Assembly: GCA_002269645.1 (NCBI GenBank)
Contig: NIVC01004412.1
Location: 1-46,807, forward strand
Reading direction: 5' to 3'
Source of the DNA: Macrostomum lignano
Lineage: Eukaryota
Length of the DNA stretch: 46,807 nt
In this document: positions 1 to 13,435 of the stretch, piece after piece
Numbering within the stretch: the first letter of the stretch is position 1
Layout: every line of letters starts with the position of its first letter
Made by a program: the position numbers and the translations under genes
Notes under the pieces: model-generated
Database searches by the model: none
Told to the model about the DNA's origin: nothing
Seen by the model: only the letters and a program-made list of their open reading frames with translations

Positions 1-10
1 TTTTGCTCAG

Positions 11-102
11 CGTCTCGGCGTGCATCCTAAGCGCACGAGTTTCTCATTGCCGATGCTGCTAATAATATCTCCGGCGACGGAGGCGGCGCCTACCTCTGCC
101 AG
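11..102 (+). CDS. TRANK1: TRANK1-like, first visible exon
   Basis: Acceptor ctcag at 6-10, donor gtaacg at 103. 3' part reads [24 protein letters not shown] and joins PCEK of the next exon (CxxC). Needs one extra base near 31, or an alternative acceptor at 30-31. Confidence 0.5.
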
Positions 103-3100
103 GTAACGCTGACATATTGAGACTAGTTAAACGAAACTGGAAGAAGTTTTGGGGGTTAGAGGAAGCCGGAAGTAGTTTTGGTATAGACGGAACCGGAAGT
201 AGTTTTTGGATAAACGGAACTTAAAGTAGATTTGGATTTGGGGATAAGTAATTTTGGGATAGAGGAAACCGGGATAGTTTCGGGATAGACGGAACCGGAA
301 GTAGTTTTGGGATAGAAGAAACCGGAAGAAGTTTTTTTGAATAGACGGAACCGGAAGTAGTTTCGGGGTAGACGGAACCGGAAGTAGTTTTAGGATAGAA
401 GAAACCGGAAGTAGTTTCGGGATAGACGGAACCGGAAGTAGTTTTGGGATAGAAGAAACCGGAAGAAGTTTTTTTGGATAGACGGAACCGGAAGTAGTTT
501 CGGGGTAGACGGAACCGGAAGTAGTTTCGGCATAGACGGAACCGGAAGTAGTTTTGGGATAGAAGAAACCGGAATAAATTTTGGGATAGACGGAACCAGA
601 AAAAATCCGCTTATTTCTGCAGCCGTGCGAGAAAAGCCTGGAGAAGCATCGCAACTTATCAAAGCGCGAAGAATTGCTGCGCTTTTTCGGCGCCCTGCTG
701 CACGAGGATCACAAGCGGCAGTTCAGCAAGTCGCACGCCGACCTCATTGGCCGATTGCTGCCGGACCTGTTGGAGCTGTTGTCGCAGAGCGATCTCATCT
801 CGGCCAGGTTCATAACTGACCAGCTGCTGAGTCCGGCCGCTCTGCTGGCTTGTTTACTACACGGCCTCATCACCCTGGACACCAACACGGCCGAGGACGG
901 CACTTTTAAGTGTTGGAAGTCCATTCACGTGCTGCTGAAGTGTTATTTTGGCAGCGCCGCGTCGGCCAATCCGACACGAATTTGAAACCGACGCTGGAGC
1001 ACGGACTGCGGCTGTACCTGGGAGTGCACACCGTTGAGGCTGTGGTGGAGGACGCCAGGCGGGGCAATGTTGCCGCATCCGCCAGGCTGCAGGTGAGTGA
1101 AACTGGGGACTGAGATCGGTGAATTTAGTAACTGGGGTGTGTTGAGATTCTATTGTTAGTATGTGAAATTCTCTTATCAGGATGTGAGATTCTCTTATCA
1201 GGATGTGAGATTCTCTTATCAGGATGTGAGATTCTCTTATCAGGATGTGAGATTCTCTTATCAGGATGTGAGATTTCTTATCAGGATGTGAGATCCTCTT
1301 ATCAGGATGCGAGATTCTCTTATCAGGATGTGAGATCCTCTTATCAGGATGCGAGATTCTCTTATCAGGATGTGAGATTCTCTTATCAGGATGTGAGCTT
1401 CTGATTGATATGTAAGATTTTCTGAATTGAATAAGAGATTCCTAAGTAAGTGATATAAGATTATCTGGATACAATGGTCTAACAGTTGAGATTTTCGGGA
1501 TATAAAGCCTCCAATTCCTCCAAACCAGGACCTGCTCATGTCTGGCTACCAGCGCGGCGACCAGACCAAGCGATTGGAGCTGGTGGACCTGCTGAGGCGT
1601 GCCGGCGCCCTGTGCGACCTGTCCGGCATGGAGATGTCCGAGCTGTCCAGCCAGCAGCGCCAGGGCTTCGCTCGCGACCTGCCGCAGCTGATGCAGCGCG
1701 GCCTGCTCGGCCCCGACTGTCTTGGCGAAAATCCTCTGCACAAGGCGCTCATCGTTGCCCTGGACATTGAGCCCGGCTACTTTGAACTGTTCGAGCACCT
1801 GCTCGGCCTGTACAAATCGGACCCGGAGTCCCACCCGCAGCTGGACCCCTTTCTGCGCGACCGGGACGGCAACACTCTGTATCACACTGCCGCCGCCACC
1901 CGGAGCCGTCACTCCATTGAGGCTGTGCGCAAAATTGCCGAACTCACTGATGCTAATCCGAATCTGCGAAATAAGGCCAGGCAGACCGCTCTGCAGGTGA
2001 GCGAGACTGCTGGGATTTGTTATTATCCTCATTTATCCCCATTGATAAATCCAATGTAGATTATCCCAACGGATGAATCAAAGGATGATAACTATCAGTT
2101 GCTAAATCCCACCGATCAGGATCCCATTGTCCCCAATGATTTATCCCACCGGTCGGAATCCTCACATTATCCCCAATGGTTTTCCGGCCGATCGGAATCC
2201 TTATTATCCTCGAAGGTTTATCCCATCAATCGGGATACTCATCATCATCAATGATTTATCCACCGATTAAAATCACCATTATCCCTAATGATTTATCCCA
2301 CCGATCGGAATCCTCATTATCCCCAATGGTTTATCCGGCCGATCGAAATCCCCATTGTCCCCATTAGCTTATCCCCAAAAGCTTGCAATAGTTGTCTGTT
2401 TAGATAACCCGATGGCATTGGACACTGCTCTCTCGCTCCCCCCCCCCTCAAGGCTATCTGCCGGTCCGTCCGCCGCCGCGACCGCGCCCAGCTGGTGATG
2501 CAGCTGACCCAGGCGGCCGCCAGATTCCCCGAGCCGGAGCCCGTCGACTCCCGACCAGATTTTGGCGCCGACGATGACGCGTCTGGCGACGAGAGCGACG
2601 CTGACAGCGGCAGCGAGGCCTCCGGCTCCATAGCGTCGGGGTCTGGCAAGCCGTCAGTTGGCAGCGATCTACCGTTGACGTCGAAGCAGCAGAAGCAACT
2701 GCAGAAGCAACAACAACAGCAGCAGAAGCAGCTGGACGAAAGTTTGCAGCAGACGCCGCAGTCGCAGTTCGAGCAGACTCTGCAGTGGTTCCACCGCCAG
2801 CTGGACCGGCTCACCAAGGACGACATTGTCGATCGGACTCGGAATGCCGTGCGCGCGCCGAACCGCGCGACATCGCGCCGCCGGAAGAGTCGGACGCCGA
2901 GGAAGAAGAAGAGGACGAAGCCGACGAAGAGAAGGACATTGTTGGCGGCAATGATCGGCAGACGTCACCTACGGACGAAGTTGTTGGCAGCGACGACGAG
3001 GCTGACGTTGAGGCGAGCGCGCTGATGGTGCGCGATGGAGCTGAGCTCGACTGGGAGATCGAATGCACGGTGAGGCTGGGGATGGGATGGCAGAGTTGCT

Positions 3101-6100
3101 TAACGGAGTGTCCGATTCTTGTATTAAGTCCCGGGTTCGATTCAGCGCGCGGAAATCTGTCTACTAGTAGGACACACGAGGTCCAACCCTCAGGGCACAG
3201 AGTGCGTACTTTTCTTGCCTAGAGACTAGGAGAGAGGAAGAGAGGAGATTAGAGAGAAGAGCGCTGAGAAGAGATAGAAATTGAGCGGGCCGGATTGCTA
3301 TTGTGAAGTTTCAAAGGACCGAGGGCCGGATAGAGAGGCTTTGCGGGCTGCATGTGGCCGGAGTTTGCCTACCCCTGCTGTACATGTTCTGTGCTATTGC
3401 AGTACACTTGGTCACCTTGCAGCGGTTCTATGAACTCGTACATGTATGTCTAAATAATAATAATTGATTACGCCTGCCCCAATTGGGCCAGATGTGCAAC
3501 CGACAGCTCAGCCGCAGCTATTGCACGGCGCATCTGAAGGCTGCGTCCGGCTGTTCAGTCCAAGGACTGGGGGAGGGGGGTCGCCACACACAGCCTCAAT
3601 TACCCAGCTAATGCTGGTGCACACTCTACAGCTGGGTGAACTGAAACAATGCAGAGTTAAGTGTCTTGCTCAAGGCCACAAATTGTTCCAAGTAGATAGG
3701 GAATCGAACCCCCGACCTTTCAGTGGTGAGTCCGACGCTACAACCCCTTTTAATGCCTAATATGCCTACAGGTGGAACTATGGAACGCTCTTCGGCGCCG
3801 TCGGAACACGTGGCGCCAACTGAGGCGCCGATTGGCTAGGCGCCTATTAAAACTGGCCAGCGGGCGCGGCTGGCGCTCTCTGGCTAAGCCGGTCCGCCTG
3901 CCGGAGTCGGCCGCCGGTCTGGGCTTGCAGTTCTACCAGACCAGCCTGGGCGGCCAGGCCAGCCTGCTGTGGGAGCGGGCCGTCACCTTCAGCCCGAAGC
4001 GGTCCGGTCCGCAGGGCCGAATTTATTGCGACGTGCTGCGCCTGTGGGCCATCGTGGAATCCTCGGAAGCTCTAGCCGAGGAGATCACCAGGGCGATCAC
4101 CGCGCACAAGCGTGGCGCCGCCTGCGCGCTTGCCCGCGAGTTGAACTCCGCAGCCGCAGCCGCCTCGGCTTTAGCCAGCGACAACGCCGCTAATGCTGGT
4201 CGCATCCTGCCGCGCACCTACAGTGTCGTTTCTGGCGGTGGCGGCGGGTCCTCCGACCTCGTCCGTTTCCAGCCGCCTGGCGCCTCCAAGGAGACCGAGT
4301 ATCACATGATGAAGTTCTATAGCTGGGACGCCAGCCTCATTGCCGATATTCTCACTGGCGAGGCGAGAATTGATCTGCCGTTCCGTGTCACTGAGCAGGA
4401 GCACGCTATCATCGAGCTGAGCTCCGAGTCTCCAGTGCTGCTCATTGGTCGGAGCGGCACAGGCAAGACAACTTGCTGCGTGTTTAGAATGTTCTCCGAA
4501 TTTTCCAACTATTGGCTGCAGGTCCGCTCGGAGGCCAACCCGATTATCCCGCGGCGCCGCCTGTACAGACTGGTGCGTTTGAGAGCTTTTATCATCAGTC
4601 GATCAGTGGGTCATAGATCAGTCACCAGTGGGTCATAGATCAGTCATCAGTGGGTCATAGATCAGTCATCAGTGGGTCATAGATCAGTCATCAGTGGGTC
4701 ATAAAATGAGGGTCAGTCATCAGTGGGTCATAAAATGGGTCAGTCATCAGTGGGTCATAGAATGGGTCAGTCATCAGTTGGTCAAAAAAAGAGCCAGTCA
4801 TCAGTGGGTCATAAAATGAGCCAGTCATCAGTGGGTCATAAAATGAGCCAGTCATCAGTGGGTCATAGAATGGGCCAGTCATCAGTTGGTCATAGAATGG
4901 GTCAGTCATCAGTGGGTCATAGAATGGGTCAGTCATCAGTTGGTCATAGAATGGGTCAGTCATCAGTGGGTCATAGAATGGGTCAGTCATCAGTGGGTCA
5001 TAGAATGGGTAGGTGTTCAGTGAGCCATCGAGTGAGTGCCTCATTAGTAATAGAACGGGCAGTCAGCAGTGGGTCAGAATCAGAGGGTCAGTTAGCAGGT
5101 GGGTCATTCATCGATTGGGTCGGTCATTAGTAGGTCATTTGACTAGTCAGCAATATGTCATGGAGGGAGTCAGCAACAGTGGTTCAGTGGGATGTCTGAA
5201 AAATGATAAATCCTCGAAGGTTGTCGCCCTCGAACTATCAAAGGTCGATCCCGACGCCGCCGACGATGGCGCCCAGTCTGACGAGGACGCGGACGCCGCC
5301 GATGACGCTGGCGACGCGGCCGGCTGCGAGGCCGACCAGCGGCACAGAGGCCGGCACCGCGGCCGCGTCAGGAACCGGAATCGCACAACCAACAGCGATG
5401 CCACCGACACCTACGAAGAGGAGGCCGCCGCAGTCGCGTCTTCAGCCGTCGACGTCGGTTCCGACAATGAGGACGCGCCGGAGCCGCAGTTCGACCATCT
5501 TCGCCAGCTGTTCGTCACTAAAAACCCGGTGCTGTGCCGGGAGGTCCGCAAAAACTTCTACGATCTGTGCGCCGGCCTGCGGGACGCCGAGCTGCCGGAG
5601 CCGGAGTTCGAACTGCCAAACCGGCTGCAGGTGGCCAATTCCGGTCATTTCCCCATGTTTGTCAGCTCCAAGCAGCTGTGGATGCTGCTGGACGCCAGTC
5701 TGCCCGGTCAGCCGTTCTTTCAGCGCAACGAGGACGGCAGTCTGGCCAAGAAGGTGAGCGTTTTGGCAGCTTAGTATGACAGCTTCTGGTCATACTAAAT
5801 CATAGGTCATTTGGTCATAACTGAACTGAAGGTCATCTAGATTTGGTCATAACTGAACTGAAGGTCATCTAAATTTGGTCATATCTGAACTTGAAGGTCA
5901 TCTAGATTTGGTCATAACTAAACTGAAGGTCATCTAGATTTGGTCATATCTGAACTTGAAGGTCATCTAGATTTGGTCATAACTGAACTGAAGGTCATCT
6001 AGATTTGGTCATAACTGAACTGAAGGTCATCTAGATTTGGTCATAACTGAACTGAAGGTCATCTAGATTTGGTCATAACTAAGATGCTGTTCATTTGAAA

Positions 6101-9100
6101 CTGCGGGTCATTGAGTGCATCGGTCATATTGAAGTAGTGGTCATTTGATGGTTCGGTCATATTGAGATGGGGGAGGGAGTTATTTAGTAAATCGGTCATA
6201 CTAGATCAGAGGTCATTCTGTACATCGCTCATACTGTGCTCGCAATTTTCCACGCTCAGGTGCCGAGCTGGGAGGATGAGGAGGCGGACATCGAGTTCCT
6301 GCTGGACTCCACCGCCGACGATCTGTTTGACGCGGCCAACTACTACGATGACGGCAACGCCGATGGCGGCGGCGTCGAAGGCGGTGCCGACGTTGCCGGA
6401 GCGGGCGGCGCCAACGCGGATCAGCAGAATCCGGCGCCGCAGCAGCTGGAGGACAGGCGGCGCGAGGTCACCTACGAGTTGTTCTCAACCAGCCTGTGGG
6501 AGAAGCTGCCCAGCAAGCTGCGCTCGGGTCTGCAGCCCAGCCTGGTTTGGACAGAGCTGGTGTCCTTCATCAAAGGCTCTGTGGAGGCCTTGAACTCGCC
6601 AGGCGGCTTCCTGTCGCTGGCCAAGTACCGCGAGCTCGGCAAGAAACGCGCGCCCGAGTTTGCCGATTCGCGCGAACGAGTTTACCGACTGTTTGAAGAG
6701 TACCAGCGCCTGCTGCGTGACCTGGGACTGTTCGACATGAACGACTTGGTGGCCTGTCTGTACCGCCGCCAGACCGTCTGGCTGGCCGAGTCAGCCGCTC
6801 CGTCGCCCGAAGAGGACTGGGCTCTGCACGCGATCTTTGTTGACGAGACGCAGGACTTCACTCAGGCCGAGCTGAGCCTCCTGCTCCGCTGCTGCCAGGA
6901 CCCCAACAGGATGTTCTTCACCGGCGACACCGCGCAGAGCATCATGCGTGGCGTGTCGTTCCGATTCACCGACTTGAAGACTCTGTTCCATCACGCTAGG
7001 CGGGGCCTGCAGTCGCAGGGCGCCACCGGGGCGCTACGCATGCCGGACGGGCTGCAGGTGCTGACGCACAACTACAGAAGCCACTCGGGCATTCTGGGCC
7101 TGGCCTCCTGCGTTATCCTGCTGCTGGGCCGCCTGTTCCCCAGCACGTTCGACCCGCTTGAGCCGGACATGGGCCTGTTCCCCGGGCCCAAGCCCGTGCT
7201 TATTGAGTCCTGCTCTGCCACCGACTTGGCCTTCCTGCTGCAGGGCGCCAGGCGCAAGAGCAACGCGCACATCGACTTTGGCGCCCATCAGGCTATTATT
7301 GTGGCCAGCGATGAGGCCAGGCGCTATCTGGTTGAGAATGTGCCCGAGCTGTCCATCGCCCTGGTGCTCACCGTGTACGAGTCCAAAGGCCTCGAATTTG
7401 ATGACGTGCTGCTGTACAACTTCTTCAAGGACTCGCCCGCCAGTGAAAAGGTTAGATTAGATATTGTTCTCTACCTACGAAACACTTACTTACTCTCAAA
7501 GGTTTTCCTTCACTCATTGTAATCTATCCGCTCTACCCAAATAAGTCTACCCGCTCTACCCAAATTAGTCTACCCGCTCTACCTAAATTAGTCTACCCGC
7601 TCTACCTAATAAATCTACCCGCTCTACCAAATTAATCTACCCGCTCTAGCCAAATTAATTTACCCGCTCTACCCAAATAGGTCTACCCGCTCTACCCAAA
7701 TTAGTCTACCCGCTCTACCCAAATTAGTCTACCCGCTCTACCCAAATTAATCTACCCGCTCTAGCCAAATTAATTTACCCGCTCTACCCAAATAGGTCTA
7801 CCCGCTCTACCCAAAATTAGTCTACCCGCTCTACCCAAATTAATCTACCCGCTCTACCCAAATTAATCTACCCGCTCTAGCTAAATTAATGTACCCGCTC
7901 TACCCAAATAAATCTACCCGCTCTACCCAAATAAATCTACCCGCTCTACCTAATAAATCTACCCGCTCTACCCAATAAATCTATTTCCCACAACCCTTCA
8001 CAGGATTGGCGGGTTGCAAGCGCAGTTCTGCGCGACTTAGTCAGCGAGGCGGCCTCCACCAATGGAGCGGGCGGCAGCACCGCCGCTACGCCCGGCGCCC
8101 TGCTGAAGCAGCTGGACCTTGCAGAGTACGCCAAGCGGTCCAGCCGGCCAATTGAGTTCAGCGCCGGCGAGCACAAGATACTTAATAGCGTGCTCAAGCA
8201 CCTGTACACGGCGGTCACCAGGGCCAGAGTGAACGTGTGGATTTTTGACGAAGATGTTGAAGTTCGCAAGCCGATGTTTGAGTTCTTCAAAACTATGCAG
8301 GTTAGCTCCAGCCCGTATGTGCCTGCGCTCAGATAGGCTACAGAGGGGGCACAATCAGCTACAGAGGGGGGGGGGCACAACCAGCTACAGAGGGGGCACA
8401 ACCTGCTACAGAGGGTTCACAACCAGCTACAGAGGGGGCACATCCAGCTACGGAGGGGGCACAACCAGCTACGGAGGGGGGCACAATCAGCTACAGAGGG
8501 GGGGGCACAACCAGCTACAGAGGGGGCACAACCTGCTACAGAGGGTTCACAACCAGCTACAGAGGGGGCACATCCAGCTACGGAGGGGGCACAACCAGCT
8601 ACGGAGGGGGGCACAACCAGCTACAGAGGGGGCACAACCAGCTACAGAGGGTTCACAACCAGCTACAGAGGAGGGCACAACCAGCTACAGAGGGGGCACA
8701 ACCAGCTACAGAGGGGGCACAGCCTGCTACAGAGGGTTCACAACCAGCTACAGAGGAGGGCACAACCAGCTACAGAGGGGGCACAACCAGCTACAGAGGG
8801 GGCACAGCCTGCTACAGAGGGTTCACAACCAGCTACAGAGGAGGGCACAACCAGCTACAGAGGAGGGCACAACCAGCTACCGAGGCGCAAACTACAGAGG
8901 TCCCTGGGCTGGAAGCTGGCTACAACAACCAATTTGTCAGTGTAGTGTCCTTTACTCGGCCTGAAATTCTCTATTAAAAATACAATACACTTTGACGCCC
9001 ACCTCAAGGTCGTTAACGTGGTTGCCACGGGCAGCGAGTCGCTTGAGCTGTCGCTGGAATGCGCCGACGGTTTCGCCGCCACCTCCAGTCCGGAGCAGTG

Positions 9101-12100
9101 GCGCGCCAAAGGCCACGAGTTCTACTGCAGGCGCCTGTTCGACCTGGCCGCCAAGTGCTATAATCGGTCAGGCGACGCCGATCTCAAACAGCTGGCCGAA
9201 GCTAATGGCAAGGCTTTGCGGGCTCTGAAACTCACCGAGCCGAAGCAGCAGCGCGAGGATTTCGTATCGGCCGCTAGGATCTATTTGAAACTCGGCTGGA
9301 TTGAGCAGGCGGCCAAGTGTCTTGAGCACGGCCGGCAGCCTCTGCTAGCGGCAAACCTGTTCCAGCTGTTGGGCCAATATAACCGCGTGTTCAGGGTGAG
9401 CGCGTGCATGGTGTGATGTCTGCACTTTTAGATGTGTATGGCCTAACACCCATGATAGCTGATGATGATTCTGGTAGATAGCGGATGATGATTCTGGTAG
9501 ATATCGGATGATGATTCTGGTAGATAGCGGATGATGATTCTGGTAGATGGCGGGTGATGATTCTGCTAGATAGCGGGTGATGATTCTGGTAGATAGCGGG
9601 TGATGATTCTGCTAGATAGCGGGTGATGATTCGGGTAGATAGCGGGTGATGATTCGGGTAGATAGCGGGTGATGATTCTGGTAGATAGCGGATGATGATT
9701 CTGGTAGATATCGGATGATGATTCTGGTAGATAGCGGGTGATGATTCTGGTAGATAGCAGATGATGATTCTGGTAGATAGCGGGTGATGATTCTGGTAGA
9801 TAGCAGATGATGATTCTGGTAGATAGCGGGTGATGATTCTGGTAGCTAGCGGATGATGATTCTGGTAGATAGCGGGTGATGATTCTGGTAGATAGCGCGT
9901 GATGATTCTGGTAGATAGCGGGTGATGATTCTGGTAGATGGTAGGCGAAGATTCTGGTAGACAGTTGATCCTAATTTTTTAATCGATTCAATAATTTAAT
10001 TTCCCATTCGATGCGACACTGCAGGTGTTCGACAAGTCGCAGAACTACACCCGGGCAGCCGAGGCGCTGCAGTTGTCCGGCCGGGCCGCCCAAGCTGCCA
10101 AATACCTGCTGCAGCACCGGCTCTACATTGAGGCGTTCGAGGCCCGGCAGCAGGCCAAGCGGGAGGCCGAGCAGCACTGCGCCGGCGACGCCGCCCGTCT
10201 GGAGGCCGAGCTGGCCAGGCTGCCCGACGACAAAGTGATCCTGCTGCGCGGCGCCAAGGCCTACAAGCGGGAGAACAACAAAGAGAAACTGGAGAAGATG
10301 GTGCAGTCGCTGCCGCTGGAGGAGCGGGTCATGTTCTTTGTTGAGCACAAAGAGCTGCCGTCGGCTGCGGCGGCCTACGCTGCCGAGAATCAGAAGCGCG
10401 AAGCCGCCGTGTTTATGTACGACCACGGCTACATCAAGGAGGCCTGGAAGTACGCCTCCGAGGTAAATGCTGGAGAGGGGGAATTCACGATGCTACATGG
10501 TGGAGCATTCTCGATGCTGGAGGGTTGGGAAGTACGAGAAGTATGGGAAGTATGCTAGAGGGTGGGGTGGGGAATTCTCGATGCTGGAGAGTGGGGAATT
10601 CTCGATGCTAGAGGGTAGGGAATTCTCGATGCTGGATTTTGGGGAATTCTTGATGCTGGAGGGTGGGGAATTCTTGATGTTGCAGGATAGGGAATTCTCG
10701 ATACCGGAGAGTGGGGAATTACAGTGCTGGATAGTGGGGAGTTACAATGCTGGAGGGTGGGGTATTACAAAATGTTGGAAGGTGGGGAATTCTCGATACT
10801 GGAGGGTGGGGAATTCCGATTCTGAAGGGTGGGGAATTCTGATGCTGGATGGTGGTGAATTCTCGATGCTGGAGGGTGGGGAATTACAATGCTCGATAGT
10901 GGGGAGTTACAATGCTGGAGGGTGGGGAGTTACAATGCTGGAGGGTGGGGAGTTACAAAATGCTGGAGGGCATTGAATTACAAAATACTGGAGGGTGGGG
11001 AATTCTCGATACTGGAGGGTGGGGAATTCTCGATGCTGGATGGTGAGGAATTCTCGATGCTGGGGGTGGGGAATTCTCGATGGTGGGGGTGGGGAATTCT
11101 CGATGGTGGGGAATCCGATGCTGAAGGGTGGGGAATTCTGATGCTGGAGGGTGGGGAATTCTCGATGCTGGGGGTGGGGAATTCTCGATGGTGGGGAATC
11201 CGATGCTGAAGGGTGGGGAATTCTGATGCTGGAGGGTGGGGAATTCTCGATGCTGGGGGTGGGGAATTCTCTATACTGGAGGGTGGGAAATTCTAGATGC
11301 TAGAAGGTGGAGCATTCTGGATGCTACAAGGTGGGGAATTCTCGATGCTACAAGGTGGGGAATTCTCGATGCTACAAGGTGGGGAATTCTCGATGCTACA
11401 AGGTGGGGAATTCTTTATGCTGGAGGGTGGGGAATTCTCGATGCTACATGGTGGGGAATTCTTTATGCTGGAGGGTTGGGAATTCTCGATGCTACAAGGT
11501 GGGGAATTACAATGCTGGAGGGTGGGGAATTACAAAATGCTGGACGGTGGTTCATTCAGCCGAGCCGTTTGCACTCCCGCAGGCCGACGATGAGCAGCTT
11601 CTATCGCAGTGCGCCACAGCTCTGGCTGAGAAGGCTTACTCGCACTGGGATAGAAAGCGGAACCAGGAGGCTCAAGACAAGGCCCGGGAGGCTCTGCGGA
11701 CGGCCGTCGGCAAGGCCGAGCTGGTGGCCGCTCACCAGGACGCCGCCTATTGCCGACTTCTGCTGGGCGACGCGACCCGGGACATCCGGTGCCTGCAGCA
11801 GGCCTTCGTGCAGATGCGCCAGATGAACTGCGAGATCGGCCTGGTGTTCATCTTGAATATCGTCTGCCAGGACAGCAGCATCCTCGGCGAGGATCCGGCC
11901 ACTCGGTCCGTGTGGATGCGCGAGCTGCTGCTGCCGCTGCGGATGCTGGGCGAACTCATCATCAATTTCAGTGATCGCTGCAAAAACCCCAACCTTAGCG
12001 TCATCCAGCGCACCTATCGCTTCCTGGGGCTCACTGAGAAGTCCCGCCTCATGGACCTGCAGCTGCGGCCTGCCGGCTACCCGCAGGCCAGGCGGCTGCT

Positions 12101-12173
12101 CTCTCTTGCCGGCCGGCCGCAAAAAATAAATAGTGTGGCCAGATCCGTAAGTGCCTGACTGGCTCACTCACTA

Positions 12174-12258
<85 letters not shown>

Positions 12259-12263
12259 TAGTC

Positions 12264-12318
<55 letters not shown>

Positions 12319-12323
12319 TAGTC

Positions 12324-12368
<45 letters not shown>

Positions 12369-12523
12369 CTAAGACAGACAGACAGACAGACAGACACTAA
12401 GACACTAAGACACTAAGACATACACACAGACAGACAGACAGACAGACACACTAAGACAGACAGACAGACATACAGACACTTAAGACAGACAGACAGACAG
12501 ACAGACAGACATACAGACACTTA

Positions 12524-12576
<53 letters not shown>

Positions 12577-12754
12577 CTAAGACAGACACTAAGACAGACA
12601 GACACACTAAGACACTAAGACAGACAGACAGACAGCCAGACAGACAGACAGACAGACACACTAAGACAGACAGACAGACACTAAGACAGACAGACATACA
12701 GACACTTAAGACAGGCAGACAGACAGACAGACAGATAGACAGACAGACAGAGAC

Positions 12755-12851
<97 letters not shown>

Positions 12852-12928
12852 CTAAGACAGACAGACACTAAGACAAACAGACAGACAGACAGACACTAAG
12901 ACACTAAGACAGACAGACAGACACACTA

Positions 12929-12984
<56 letters not shown>

Positions 12985-12988
12985 TCGC

Positions 12989-13021
<33 letters not shown>

Positions 13022-13054
13022 CTAAGACACTAAGACAGACAGACAGACACACTA

Positions 13055-13090
<36 letters not shown>

Positions 13091-13154
13091 TCGCAGACAG
13101 ACAGACAGACAGACAGACAGACACTAAGACAGACAGACAGACAGACAGACACTA

Positions 13155-13202
<48 letters not shown>

Positions 13203-13206
13203 TCGC

Positions 13207-13243
<37 letters not shown>

Positions 13244-13288
13244 CTAAGACAGACAGACAGACAGACACTAAGACAGACAGACAGAGAC

Positions 13289-13339
<51 letters not shown>

Positions 13340-13366
13340 TAGATAGACAGACAGACAGACAGAGAC

Positions 13367-13397
<31 letters not shown>

Positions 13398-13400
13398 GAC

Positions 13401-13435
<35 letters not shown>

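Noticed and set aside
910-954. Micro-intron to bypass the exon 2 frameshift
   Set aside because: The available GT...AG pairs give 45 or 36 nt (frame unchanged) or 26 nt (implausibly short).
8245-8964. 239-aa Gly/Gln/His-rich ORF
   Set aside because: Reading through the intron 8 minisatellite.
10467-11826. Several Gly/Trp/Glu-rich ORFs
   Set aside because: Reading through the intron 10 minisatellite; the true exon starts at 11583.
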